Source: Octopus sinensis
Lineage: Eukaryota
Length of the DNA: 64,000 nucleotides
Reading direction: 5' to 3'
NCBI RefSeq assembly: GCF_006345805.1
Contig: NC_043005.1
Coordinates: forward strand, 79,298,001-79,362,000
Part shown: positions 38,151-50,330 of the stretch, in pieces
How positions within the stretch are numbered: the stretch's first letter is position 1
Layout of the letters: every line of letters starts with the position of its first letter
The notes under the pieces: model-generated
The model's database searches: none
Told to the model about the DNA's origin: nothing
The model's input: only the letters and a program-made list of their open reading frames with translations
Position numbers and translations under genes: made by a program

Positions 38151-38884
38151 GTGCTTTGCTGACATTATATAACTTTCATTGAAGTAATTTCTAAACGAAT
38201 TTCCACAGATATCAATATTATCTGAAAAAAAAAGAAAACTAAACCTATATCATATCTATTTCAAAAATGCCCATTGTTGCATTGAATGATTATTAAAAGC
38301 TTAGATGATAAGTGTAAACCTATGGACAAATGCAAACCATAAACATTATTCGTTCTGTGTGAATCTGAGTACTTTTATGCGTGTATGAAAAAAAATCTTG
38401 TAAAGCGATTTCATGAACATAAATATACTTGAACTGTATATAATAAATATTATACAATATAACTGTTATTACAGTGTGTGGAATACACATTTCATAAAGT
38501 ATACAACGATATCGCAAAAACTTTTAGCAACTTTTTATATGTAAAAATTTATCAAGATATATGCTCATATTATGTAACACGTTTTAGTAGAATCTATGAT
38601 GATTTAATTGGTGTAATTAAATCATTAATATTCCAATGAAGATGGTGATGATATATATCGAAAAACCTGTAGATTTTATAATAGAAGTTTTAAATTTATT
38701 ATCGGTGTCGATGAAAAAAAAAGATTTTGTTTCACGAGAGGGCGTTTTCGTTAGGACAATTACAATTCATAAAAAGAAAAAATTAGAAGTCGTATAAGTA
38801 ATGTGATTATGTATAACTTCTGTATTTGTATACACGAAAGAAATTATGATAATATTATCAATTAATACTTGTACAAAGTAAGAT

Positions 38885-40493
38885 AGCGAGCAGGAAGAAT
38901 CGTTAGCAGGCCGAGGAAAATGGCTAACGGCATTTCTTCCGTCTTTACGTTATGAGCTCAAATTCAGTCGGGACCTACTTTGACTTTCATCATTTCGTGG
39001 TCGACAAACCAAGTACCATTTGAGCAGTGTGGTCGATGTAACCATTCCTACGAAATTGATGGCCTTGTGCCAAAATTAGAAAGTAATATTTATACAGATT
39101 TGTCTTCAACAAATTGCACGAAGTAGCAGTATTCTTTTCTACTCTAGGCACAATGTCCGAAAATTTGGAGAATAGGAGCCATCGATTAGATCGACACCAG
39201 TACACAACTGGTACTTATTTTATAGACCCTGAGAGGATCAAGGGCAAAGTTGACCTCGACGGAATTTGACCTCTGAACGTAAAGGCAGGTGAATACCACT
39301 AAGCATTTCACCCGGCTTGCTAACGTTTCTGCCAGTTTGCTGCCTTACGAAGTAGCAGCTTATAGTATTCATACAGAGAAAAGTATTCAAAATCATTGGG
39401 AATGCTACTTTTATTTTCATATTCCTATATTTTAAAAGTATTCGCAGCATAAGCGAATGATTTATCCACTTCCTATGTTGAAGGCAAAGAATTTACGTCC
39501 GTGAAAGTGGTTTCTTGCAACTACACGCCATTGAAAAGAACCAAAGCGGCCAAAATGCATCTGACATTTTTCATGGTCGCTGCTTAGACGAATTTTCTCC
39601 TCGCTTTGATATTTTATTTTAGCACAGCACATCCATCAGAAATGTTATTCAGCGACAACTGGAACTTAATTTATCGACCCCGAAAGGATGAAAGGCAAAG
39701 TCGACCTCGGCGTTATTTTAACTCAGAACGTAGCGGCATACGAAATACCTATTTCTATTTCTTTACTACCCACATGGGGCTAAACACAGAGAGGACAAAC
39801 AAGGACAGACAAACGGATTAAGTCGATTTTATCGACCACAGTGAGTAACTGGTACTTAATTTATCGACCCCGAAAGGATGAAAGGCAAAGTCGACCTAGG
39901 CGGAATTTGAACTCAGAACGTAGCGGCAGACGAAATACCGCTAAGCATTTCGCCCGGTGTTCTAATGTTTCTGCCAGCTCGCCTCGCCGCCTTTGTATAT
40001 TACAATGACAGCTAGGTTTCTGAGTGAAAAAACAAATAGGAATTTTGAAAGAAGCATCTATAAAACTAGTTTTTAAACATCGAAGCGCTTTAGGGGCGAG
40101 AATAAAATAGTCAACAAAGAGGTCTGTAGATTAAAAAAACCAAATGGTTGAGAAACCCTGTTTTAGAAGATGGATCTTGTCTTAGTGAAGTGAAGATTAT
40201 AAAATATATTGTTTCTATTCAGACAGTATCAGCATGTGATTAATATGAAAGACAAATCTTAACAGCATTCAAGGCGTCGAGCTGGCAGAAACGTTAGCAC
40301 GCCGGGCGAAATGCTTTGCGGTATTTCGTCTGCCGCTACGTTCTGAGTTCAAATTCCGCCGAGGTCGACTTTGCATTTCATCCTTTCGGGGTCGATAAAT
40401 TAAGTACCAGTTACGCACTGGGGTTGATGTAATCGACTTAATGTCCTTGTTTGTCCCCTCTATGTTTAGCCCCTAGTGGGCAATAAAGAAATA
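38885..40493. mobile_element. SINE-A cluster: 38885-39100(+), 39130-39345(-), 39655-39745(-), 39755-39990(-), 40272-40493(+, TSD agcattcaag at 40264-40273 and 40494-40503); hAT MITE end at 40147-40161
   Basis: Direct similarity to the 16684-16915 consensus. Confidence 0.92.
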
Positions 40494-40599
40494 AGCATTC
40501 AAGTTGCCAAGAACGTTTGACTTCCGAGGGAACTGAATTTATATAGATCCATTTGATGTATGATGGAGAAGATGCTGAGGAGGTTTATGTATTTGGATG

Positions 40600-40900
40600 A
40601 ATGGAATCGGAGATTTTCTAGTAAGAGTAATGGGAATTCTTTCTTGAGGAATTCGAATGAGGGATTTGAGTAGCAGGGAAGGTTGAAACTATGTGCGAGT
40701 GGGAATCAATTTTTACCGTAAAGTGTAAATAACATGTACGGAAACGAGACGATCGGGCGCAGCATCTTGGACCCTGATTTGGCACGGTAGAATAGGCGTT
40801 CAGCTTGTTCTGGCAACAGTAGTATTTGGTGCAGAAGTCAAACATGGCCAGAAAGCTCGCGCGCAAAAAGGTACATATACAGATAGAGAGTGTGAAAAAG
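40600..40900 (-). mobile_element. Possible decayed LINE C-terminal fragment
   Basis: ASFLAMFDFCTKYYC...VP...RSSRFRT resembles CR1/I-group C-termini; weak. Confidence 0.3.
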
Positions 40901-41104
40901 AGAAGAGAGAGAGAGACATTGCACATTTATGAATTGAAAACGATAGGCATAAAAAGTTTTCCTCTTCTCGTGGGCCACTCATATTAATGTCAAACGGAAA
41001 CAGGTCTTCAAAACTTTTAGAATGCTCAAAAGTTTATATACATATGTGTGCGTATAGGTATATACATAAACATACATACATACACACACACATACATACA
41101 TACA

Positions 41105-41772
<668 letters not shown>

Positions 41773-41859
41773 GCACTATGCACCAATGATCCTTTTGCAG
41801 TGATTTCCAGCAGCTCTCACTTTTTTATGAATGATACCTCTTATAAAACAACATTCCTA

Positions 41860-41973
<114 letters not shown>

Positions 41974-42389
41974 TATGTATATACATGTGTGAGTATATGT
42001 ATATCTATACATCTATGCATTTATAATGCATACATGTATGCATATATATATGTGTGCGTGGGAGTGTATGTCTGTGTGTGTGTGTGTGTGTGTGATCATA
42101 AATTAAGCTCCTACAGCGTTGACGTTGACATGTAACCGTTTGTCATCTATGTCACATTTGTTTTTGTTTCTTTTCTTTACACGTACATAATACCAGGTAA
42201 AAGAGAATTGTGACCACAGAACATCGTTGTTAAGCAAACTTATTTGCACTTTTTTGAAATTTCACGATCAATATTAATAAACACCATGATGCGTTAAAAT
42301 GCTGCTTTGGAAAAGTCAGAGGAAATAACAGTTGATATTTTCAGGTGCGAATAATTATTTTATCTGAAGTCAGGTAAAACAATTCAACA

Positions 42390-42812
42390 GAGGCGTAGGA
42401 GTGGCTGTCTGATAAGTAGCTTGCTTACCAACCACATGTTTCCGGGTTTCAGTCCCACTGCTTGGCACCTTGGGCAAGTGTCTTCTACTATAGCCGCGGG
42501 CCAACTAAAGCCTTGTGAGTGGATTTAGTAGACGGAAACTGAAAGAAGCCCGTCGTATATATGTATATATATATATGTATGTATGTGTGTTTGTGTATAC
42601 GTTTGTGTGTCTGTATTTGTCCCCCAACATCACTTGACAACCGACGCTGGTGTGCTTACGTCCCCTTAACTTAGCGGTTCGGCAAAAGAGACCGATAGAA
42701 TAAATACTAGGCTTCCAAAGAATAAGTCCCGGGATCGATTTGCTCGACTAAAGGAGGTGCTCCAGCATGGCCACAGTCACATGGCTGAAACAAGTAAAAG
42801 AGTCAAAGAGAG
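42390..42812 (+). mobile_element. SINE family B, full length
   Basis: tRNA-like head, ccttgggcaag CORE-like motif, internal (TA)n(TG)n, tail ...ccagcatggccacag...gtaaaagag. Confidence 0.95.
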
Positions 42813-43029
42813 TATACATGCTACATAAAAAAGCCTTTTTGCGTAATACTTACTTGGGTAGTGAATCTTTATACATAAAAAGGAATAATTTAGATTTAAA
42901 GATTCTTTACTTCATAATTTGTGTCTCTGACTATCTCATATGACATGCGAGAATTTTCCTAATATTCACTAATAAAAGAGAGTAATTGGAGAGAACAAGA
43001 ACATATCTCTACGGCTGGTATTAAATAAG

Positions 43030-43440
43030 TCAGCGTCAAATAAGTAGAACCCGAAAGGCTGCTCCAAAATGCCTCATACTTGTGTGACTTGGTGAAACAG
43101 AAGGTAATGATCTATAGATAAAAGATATGGGATTTGAGTACCAGAAAGGAACTGTATTTGAGGATTGAGCTCTATTAGGAAGATTGAGGTAGATCTGGGC
43201 TGCAATAGGAGCCTTAGATGTTAGATCTGAGGAGGGCAACTGTTCGGCCGATTTAGTTTTAATTTTTTGTTTTAATATAGAGAAACAAATAGGGTGTTGG
43301 TTCGTCATAAGGTCGCAGAAACTCTCTACTAGAAGTCTGGCCCAAATGCTTACCTCTGTGTGTAATCTACGAAAGGTTCACATGGTTCTATTCCCAGGCT
43401 GGAATTTTACACGAAGCGGCGTCATAGGGTCAACATGTTT
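43030..43440 (-). mobile_element. Possible decayed LINE C-terminal fragment
   Basis: Higher-complexity, coding-like stretch (LMTNQHPICF...FWYSNP) without a diagnostic motif. Confidence 0.2.
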
Positions 43441-43557
43441 CCTTCCTAGAAATGAGAAATCCTTTTCAACACATACAAGAACTTCAGGTGCGTATGTTTC
43501 TATGTGTGTTTGCGTGTGTGTATGTACGTATGTGTGTGTGTGTATGTTAGTGTGTGT

Positions 43558-43594
<37 letters not shown>

Positions 43595-44194
43595 CAAATG
43601 TTTCTGGCGGTATTATATGGAATTGTTGCTTTCAAGCTATATAAACTAGGTACAGATACATACATAACCGGATGCGCACACTAAGCCTATATACACACGA
43701 AAGCGTAACGCCACAAATATTTGTAAACACACACACACACACACACACACAACTCTCTCTCTCTCTCACACATACACATATGCACACACATATAAAATCT
43801 TATGAAACTAGACTTTATTTAGCTACAATAAAGAACTTCACGTACTGGCGACAATAACAACAATAAGAAGAAGAATAGAGTATGACGTAAGGCTTCAAAC
43901 TGGATAGAGAAGACAACAATAGTGGAAATGGATTAGGGAGAACGTCCTGCTTCGTGATAAGATTGTTGTTGTTGCCGTTGTTCTACCTAAAATTCACAAT
44001 GGCCTTTAGCTATTTTCCTATGCACCTATTGTGTCATTATATATGTATGAATACGAGTTTGTGCGTATATAAAACTACATATACAAGCACAGATACATAC
44101 ATACGTATAAATATATATATATATATGTATATGTATGTATATACATACCACACACATATATATACATATAATTATATATACATATATATAAATA

Positions 44195-44238
<44 letters not shown>

Positions 44239-45436
44239 GCACACATATATAATTATATATATATATATATACATACACTCATATATATATGCATCCATAT
44301 GTATATATGATATGCACAAAGTATATCCAAAAATGTATATACATTTTGGTAATTGATGTCACGTGATATTCATTTCGTTTTTTAGATTTAGCCTATTATA
44401 TATTATGAAGGAAGCCAGACCCAGTTTTAAACAAAACAATGTTACTTTAAAGTGCTACTTAAATTTTAAAATCGCGGTTGACCATGAATGTTTGTTTCAC
44501 AATTTAGGTTACCTGTGTTTATTTAAGGGAAACCTCACCAGTCTCAGCCGATTCAGTTTGCAGTCTGTGATTTCGTAAGTATTACTGTCACAACTGGAAA
44601 AGATACCGCAATACATTTTTCCAACCATCTTTGGACTTCTTTCAAATCCGGTCCTCGTTTGATGCTTTTTATTGCCTCCGAAAATATGAAAAAGCAAAGT
44701 TTACCTCAGCGGGCTTCGAACTCAAATCATAGACAGCCGGAACAAACGTTGGAAAATAAGCTACCCTACACTCTAAAGAATATGTCAATTCATCAGCTTC
44801 TAAACGATTATAAATTAATTAAGCAATACTGTACAGGCACAGACTTGGGTGTATATTAAGAAAACTATTTTGTCTTGGGCAAGTTACTTTCACTACAGTC
44901 CACAGACGGCCAAACCGTTGAGAATGGATTTGGTATACGGAAAGTGAAAGAATCCCGCCGTTTATTCACATAAATCTTTGCCTCTTTACATTCAGTGAAG
45001 CTTTATAATAGCATCATACGGTTATCGACCGCTATTTCTAGCAAACATTAGTAACTAGTTGGGTCACTATTTCGTATTAATAATTCCACATTTACGATGC
45101 TTATCGCCGGAAAATAATACTGTTGTATTGTAACAATACATATAAATTTATATATAACTAAATATAGGTATGGTATAATTAAAATAGCGTCACGAGTGGC
45201 AAGCGAATTATCAGCAGGGCAAGCAAATTAATAAAATGTACACATACAATATTAGATATCTCTATATATACACAAGGACACTCAATGGACACCTACATCG
45301 TTAAAAAATATAAATCAAAAATACTACTGTACGACCGAAGAGTCACAAATCTACTACAGACATGATAGGAAAAAATATCAGCGAACAATAATAACGTCTT
45401 ACCTCTTCTGGGTCAAAACAAGTAAATGCTGGTCAG

Positions 45437-45494
45437 CTTTGTACCGGTTTCGAAATTTAGCGCCAAATGGGTCCCTGATATGTCATCAGCTAAA
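45437..45494 (-). ncRNA. Hammerhead motif HH7 (left arm), intact core, weakened stems
   Basis: tttag-CTGATGA-catat...atttc-GAAA-CCGG-TA|caaag. Confidence 0.65.
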
Positions 45495-45631
45495 ATCCGA
45501 CAGCTAATTATTACTAAAATTCTGCCCCACCAAGCCTGCACTATGGAAACAAACGAAATGTGCTTCGTCGTTTCAAACGAACTTTTGCAAGCTTGATGGG
45601 GGAGAGTTTTAGTAGTAATTAGCTGGTGGAT

Positions 45632-45689
45632 TTTGGCTGATGAGAAATCAGACACCTATTTGGCGCTAAATTTCGAAACCGGTACCAAG
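45632..45689 (+). ncRNA. Hammerhead motif HH8 (right arm), fully canonical minimal type I
   Basis: tttgg-CTGATGA(45637-43)-gaaat...atttc-GAAA(45675-78)-CCGG-TA|ccaag; stem I 5 bp, stem II 5 bp plus extension, stem III palindrome ACCGGT; cleavage predicted after 45684. Confidence 0.88.
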
Positions 45690-45914
45690 TTGACCAGCAT
45701 TCACTTGTTCTGACCCAGTAGAGGTAAGTCTTTATTATTGTTCACAGATATTTTTTCTATCATATCTGCAGCAGATATATAACTATTCGGTTGTACAGGA
45801 GTATTCTCGACTTCTATTTTTAGCGATATAGGTGCTTGTGTATATATGTACATATCTAATGTTGTAGGTATATATTTTATTAATTCATATATATCTGTTT
45901 GTGTGTATTCGTGT

Positions 45915-46125
45915 GTGTGTATATGTTTGTGACAGTGTTTGACCTCCAGCACCGCTCGACAACCATTTTTGTTGTGTTTACAGCCCTTTAATTTAGCAGT
46001 GCAACCAAAGAGACCGATAGTAAAGTACTAGAGTTTAATAAATGTACTGGCGTCGATTCTTTTGACTACAATTTTTCAAGGCACTGCCCCATCATTGCCG
46101 TAGCCTAATGACTGAAACAAATAGA
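45915..46125 (+). mobile_element. SINE-B 3' half
   Basis: cagcaccgctcgacaacc...aaagagaccgatag...gactgaaacaaatag. Confidence 0.75.
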
Positions 46126-46226
46126 CGATAAAATATACATAACTATATATATATATATATTTATGGTATTTATAAACTTAACCGAAAGTTTTAAACCAGT
46201 CAACATATAACCTCCTTAATATCATT

Positions 46227-46313
46227 TTGCCCTGATGATGTTGCACTCAAACTTATTATATATTATATATGTTTTGTAACTTGTATTGCGTGTATTGAAA
46301 CTATTGTAGGCAA
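46227..46313 (+). ncRNA. Hammerhead motif HH9, intact core, irregular stem II
   Basis: ttgcc-CTGATGA-tgttgcac...gcgtgtatt-GAAA-CTATTG-TA|ggcaa; stem I 5/5; within an AT-rich unit starting after (TA)n at ~46162. Confidence 0.65.
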
Positions 46314-46491
46314 TGTTAATTAATTAATAAATTAATTCATATCCATCAAATATCTCTATTTTCTTACTTAGTATTTGATATTTATAACATATCTATTGAA
46401 GAAATATCTCTTCATAATAAAATATATTAAACCAGTGTAACTTGGGTGGAACCATCTCTATAAGAGATTTATATATCCGCATAGTGACTAC

Positions 46492-46535
<44 letters not shown>

Positions 46536-46539
46536 GTGT

Positions 46540-46740
46540 GCGTACATGTCAGTCTTTGTTTTTGCGTTTGTTCCCACATCCAATAATAATGACCGATATT
46601 GTTTGGTTTACATCCCCGTAAATTAGTAACATAAAACTTAAGAAAAAATAAATCCTGAGGCATATTTGTAAGATTAAACTCCTCAATTCTGTGCCCCAGC
46701 AGGGCCGCAGTTCAAAAGCTTGGACGAGTAAAATATAAAC
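46540..46740 (+). mobile_element. SINE-B 3' half, degraded
   Basis: tttacatccccgtaaattag...gtgccccagcagggccgcagt. Confidence 0.65.
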
Positions 46741-46845
46741 GATTAAAGATAAGTGTCTAAAGTATACTTCAGGTTCCCCAGCATGCCCACAGACTTAGAC
46801 CTGAAACACATAAGAATAAGGATTCTATTTACATTGTTTCCATTT

Positions 46846-47134
46846 GCGCACAGGCATATGACATAGTGGTTAAGAACGCAGGCTACTAATCCCAAGATTC
46901 CGAGTTCGATTCCAAGCAGTATCCTGAAAAATAATAATAATAATAATAATATCGAAAAACACCTTAGGAATGAGAAACCAGGTTCGAAATTTCCCCAAGA
47001 AACCTGAGGCAGGCTAGAGGGTATATCAGCCGAAACATTGTTTTTAACAACATTCAAGATGAGGACAAATATCAGTCAAATGTAAATAATGTAAATATTG
47101 TACATAATTCCTCATCTCTTAAATATACAACTGT
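46846..47134 (+). mobile_element. tRNA-headed SINE whose 3' module contains a degenerate hammerhead-like motif (HH10, 47001-47045)
   Basis: A box tgacatagtgg, anticodon-loop-like ctactaat, B box gagttcgattcc, (AAT)n linker, then aac-CTGAGGC-a-ggct agagggtatatc agcc-GAAA-catt-gttt. Confidence 0.7.
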
Positions 47135-47536
47135 AGAATAAAGAATTCGTTTATACAGCAATGAATTTTAAGATGGATTCAAAATTTCTCTCTTTCTCAT
47201 TTCCTTAAAATTTAGGACACACGTGGCCAGGGGATCCTTTTTATAATAAAAAACCGAAGCAGTAACATGTAAAAGCTATATTAACTATATGTTTCTACGC
47301 TAAATTTAATTCTTTAATCTGATTTGCTTTGTGAGTTATTGGTTTAAACAAAAATATCCCTGCTTACTAACTACGTGTGGCACGGTATTGGTCACGACCC
47401 CTGCTGGGAACAAGCACCACTAAACACCTGGTATATGAATAAGGTAATTGTCAGGAAATTTAGAACGGCAGCAATAGTTAGTGATTGACAACATCGAGTG
47501 TGGTATAAACACGGAGATCCGTATAGATGGGAACAT

Positions 47537-47780
47537 GTATGTATGTATGTATGTATGTATGTATGTATGTATGTATGTATGTATGTATGTATGTATGTAT
47601 GTATGTATGTATGTATGTATGTATGTATGTATGTATGTATGCATGTATGTATGTATGTATGTATGTATGTATGTATGTATGTATGTTGTATGTTTGTATG
47701 TATGTATGTATGTATGTATGTATGTACGTACGTATGTACGTATGTATGTATGTATCTATCTATCTATCTATCTATCTATC
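47537..47780. repeat. (ATGT)n then (CTAT)n tetranucleotide microsatellite; similar (TACA)n arrays at 2097-2185, 3106-3187, 24568-24640, 33616-33664, 34276-34380 and 41090-41122
   Basis: Read directly. Confidence 0.98.
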
Positions 47781-47808
47781 TCTCTGTTTATCTATCTCCG
47801 TATCTCCG

Positions 47809-47871
<63 letters not shown>

Positions 47872-47952
47872 CGGAAACATACAAAATGCATAAATAGATC
47901 AAAAGTAAAGCTCCGGCACCTATGTTATCAATATTATCAATACTGTGTACAT

Positions 47953-48022
<70 letters not shown>

Positions 48023-48379
48023 TTAAGCACACATACATATATATGCACAAATAAATATACATAAATATATATGTTTAAAAAGGTATATATGTATGTTCGT
48101 AAGCATGTATGTATGTCCTCTCTCTCTCTTCCTCCCTCTCTGTATGTAATATATATATATATATTATATATATGTTTATATATATATATATATATTAGAT
48201 ACATATACATATATGTATGTATGTATTTAACTTTGCATGGTACGTATTTATGTAGAACCCGCCTTAATTCAGAAAATATGAAAAATGTTGATGAATGTAC
48301 AGTTATTCATTACAAAGCCATAGCTCTGAAATTTGTAGATAATGTGAAAATATCCTATTGTTCTTTTCAGTAAACAGAA

Positions 48380-49260
48380 CACTATTGAGGAATTTTCTTT
48401 GAGATCTGTGAAGCTCATCTGCAACTAATTCATATGTGACGTTATGAGCACGACTACTACGGGTACTACTTGGTAGTAATCCAGTGAAATATAGATTTGC
48501 TTCAGGGAAATCTACATATACCTCTAAATTTCTTATATATTTTCGCTTTCTTATTTATGTGGCTGTTGGCTGGCTTATGATCAAAGAGACCAGAATAACC
48601 TGAGATTCCTCGTTTTGGACATTGATATCAATGCACTCTGTTGGCTCGTTGATATGTTCGTTTGGACTCTCATTGCCGAAATGTATAAAAATATGTGCAA
48701 GGTAGGTCAGTGGGTGTAATATCATCTGACTCGTTCTCATCTTAAACAAATACTTGTCCTTTATTCCTGATTAAGGAACCGATTTGCTGCAGAACCTGTT
48801 CTAGGTAGACTCAGTACAAGTGATGGAAATGGGATCTCTAGAATCATCATATATAACGAAAACGAAACTGGTTATACTCGATGAAAAAGAGATCATATTG
48901 ATATCTCTTCAAACTTGTTAAGTCTGACTGAGTCTTCATCCTTGGGGACAAAACAGCTCCTAGGAACTATCCTGAGCTAGATTTCCTGATCCGTCTTCCA
49001 TCGGTCTCTTAGCTAAAATGTTTTTCTAGCCGCCTCAGTTGCCGTGGATAAGTTTTGTGAATATATTACCAGATGGTCCTGGAACAGATACTGCCCGAAC
49101 TTTTTCGTTTAGAGATCTCACTTTGTCGAAAGTGAGGTCTGCCATACTGAAAGACTAAAATTTGACCGATTGCAGTGAGATGAAACTATCTCACAAGGGA
49201 ATATTTCTCTTGGTGCCACCTTGCACTGCAGACGCTCAACTCTCCGCCTCTTCCATGGAA
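48380..49260 (-). mobile_element. Decayed RT N-terminal region of an R2-group (HERO-like) non-LTR retrotransposon
   Basis: Across frameshifts: KKVRAVSVPGPSG, YPRQLRRL, FVPKDEDSVRLNKFEEIS, IDINVQKRGISGYSG..DH, AHNVTYELV; matches the APGPSG/IPKEE/QKGG.PG..G..EH/GS.PH series. Confidence 0.7.
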
Positions 49261-49753
49261 TATATGAAGCTTAAGATTTTTCGAAGAGGTCAGCCCTCCT
49301 CTTTCTTCATCCCCTCTCACTCCCTCTCCCTATGCTAGTTTTTCCGTAATTCAGAGCCTACCTGGTTTCAGGCTAATTTTCCTTCCTCATCTACTACTTT
49401 CTATGTGGCATAGAAATAAATGAGATACTTACTCATACCCATGGAAGAAGCAAACACTAAATCATGAGCACAATTAAGTACCACAAATACATCCAAAATA
49501 GAAATTCAAGACACGTGCGATTTCAACTGAGGCTCTCACAGAGTGGGAGAGTCCGGGAGTGAACACTATTAAATTTATATTTAATTTAGGATAAAATTTT
49601 TTCGAAAAAAAATTTTATCAATGGCATATTTGGCATTATAACTTTTTTCGTTTGCCCTTATTTATAAGTTGTTTATAAATTTAACCTTTAAAGGTATTTT
49701 TTAATATGCTGGCCATTGATAAATTTTTTTTTCGGAAAAGTTTTATCCTATAT

Positions 49754-49792
<39 letters not shown>

Positions 49793-49796
<4 letters not shown>

Positions 49797-49928
49797 CGTC
49801 TACGAAATCCACTCACAAGGCTTTGGTCAACCCGAGGCTATATTAGAAGATACTTGCCCAAGGTGCCACGCAGTGGGACTGAACCCGGAACCATGTGGTT
49901 GGTAAACAAGCTACTTACCGCTCAGCCA
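49793..49928 (-). mobile_element. SINE-B 5' half, near consensus
   Basis: aaatccactcacaaggctttggtc...acttgcccaaggtgccacgcagtgggactgaacccggaacc. Confidence 0.92.
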
Positions 49929-50019
49929 CGACCCACTTTGATGATTTGTCTTCCAAGCATTTTTGTATACTAAGAAGAGATTTGAAATCACAACATACAG
50001 GACTTGAAAAAAATGCCCC

Positions 50020-50330
50020 AATCGGTTAGGACGCTGAGGGTTCCAGTTGATCAGTTCACCGGAAGAGGCTGCTCGTCAAATTAACTTGCAAGTGTCTGAG
50101 TACTCCACAGACACCTGTAGATTTAACGTAGTTCTCAGGGAGACTCAGCATAACACAGAATTTGACAAGACTGGCCCTTTGAAATATAGACGCTACTCGT
50201 TTTTGCCGACTGAATAAACTGGAGCAACAAGAAGTAAAGTTTCTTGCTCAAAAACAAAACACACCCCTGGGTATTGAACTCACCGGGTATTATAGCCGTA
50301 TACCCAAACCACTGAGCCACGCACCTTCAC
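50020..50330 (-). mobile_element. SINE with E-type head and C-shared tail
   Basis: aacgtagttctcagggagactcagc...ggagcaac...cttgctcaa...accactgagccacgcacc. Confidence 0.8.

Larger units (their letters stand above)
45226..45885. repeat. ~660-bp palindrome: arms 45226-45540 and 45586-45885 (~80% identity) with a hairpin spacer; each arm carries a hammerhead motif
   Basis: Arm-by-arm alignment by eye from aattaataaaat to caagc(c/t)tgca; spacer gaaac..acgaa atgtgc ttcgt.gtttc. Confidence 0.93.

Noticed and set aside
45721-45748. Strong splice donor (ag|gtaagt) followed by ttattattgttcacag in the palindrome arm
   Set aside because: The implied intron of under 30 nt is too short; the donor may be real (PLEs carry introns) but cannot be supported without transcripts
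46846-46915. tRNA genes at SINE heads (also 3191, 4406, 19763, 42390 etc.)
   Set aside because: A and B boxes are present but there is no complete cloverleaf or acceptor stem; contiguous with SINE bodies
47481-47897. Long MYVC/HTYI/IYIY-type ORFs here and throughout (e.g. 34261, 52249, 56533)
   Set aside because: Stop-free microsatellite read-throughs
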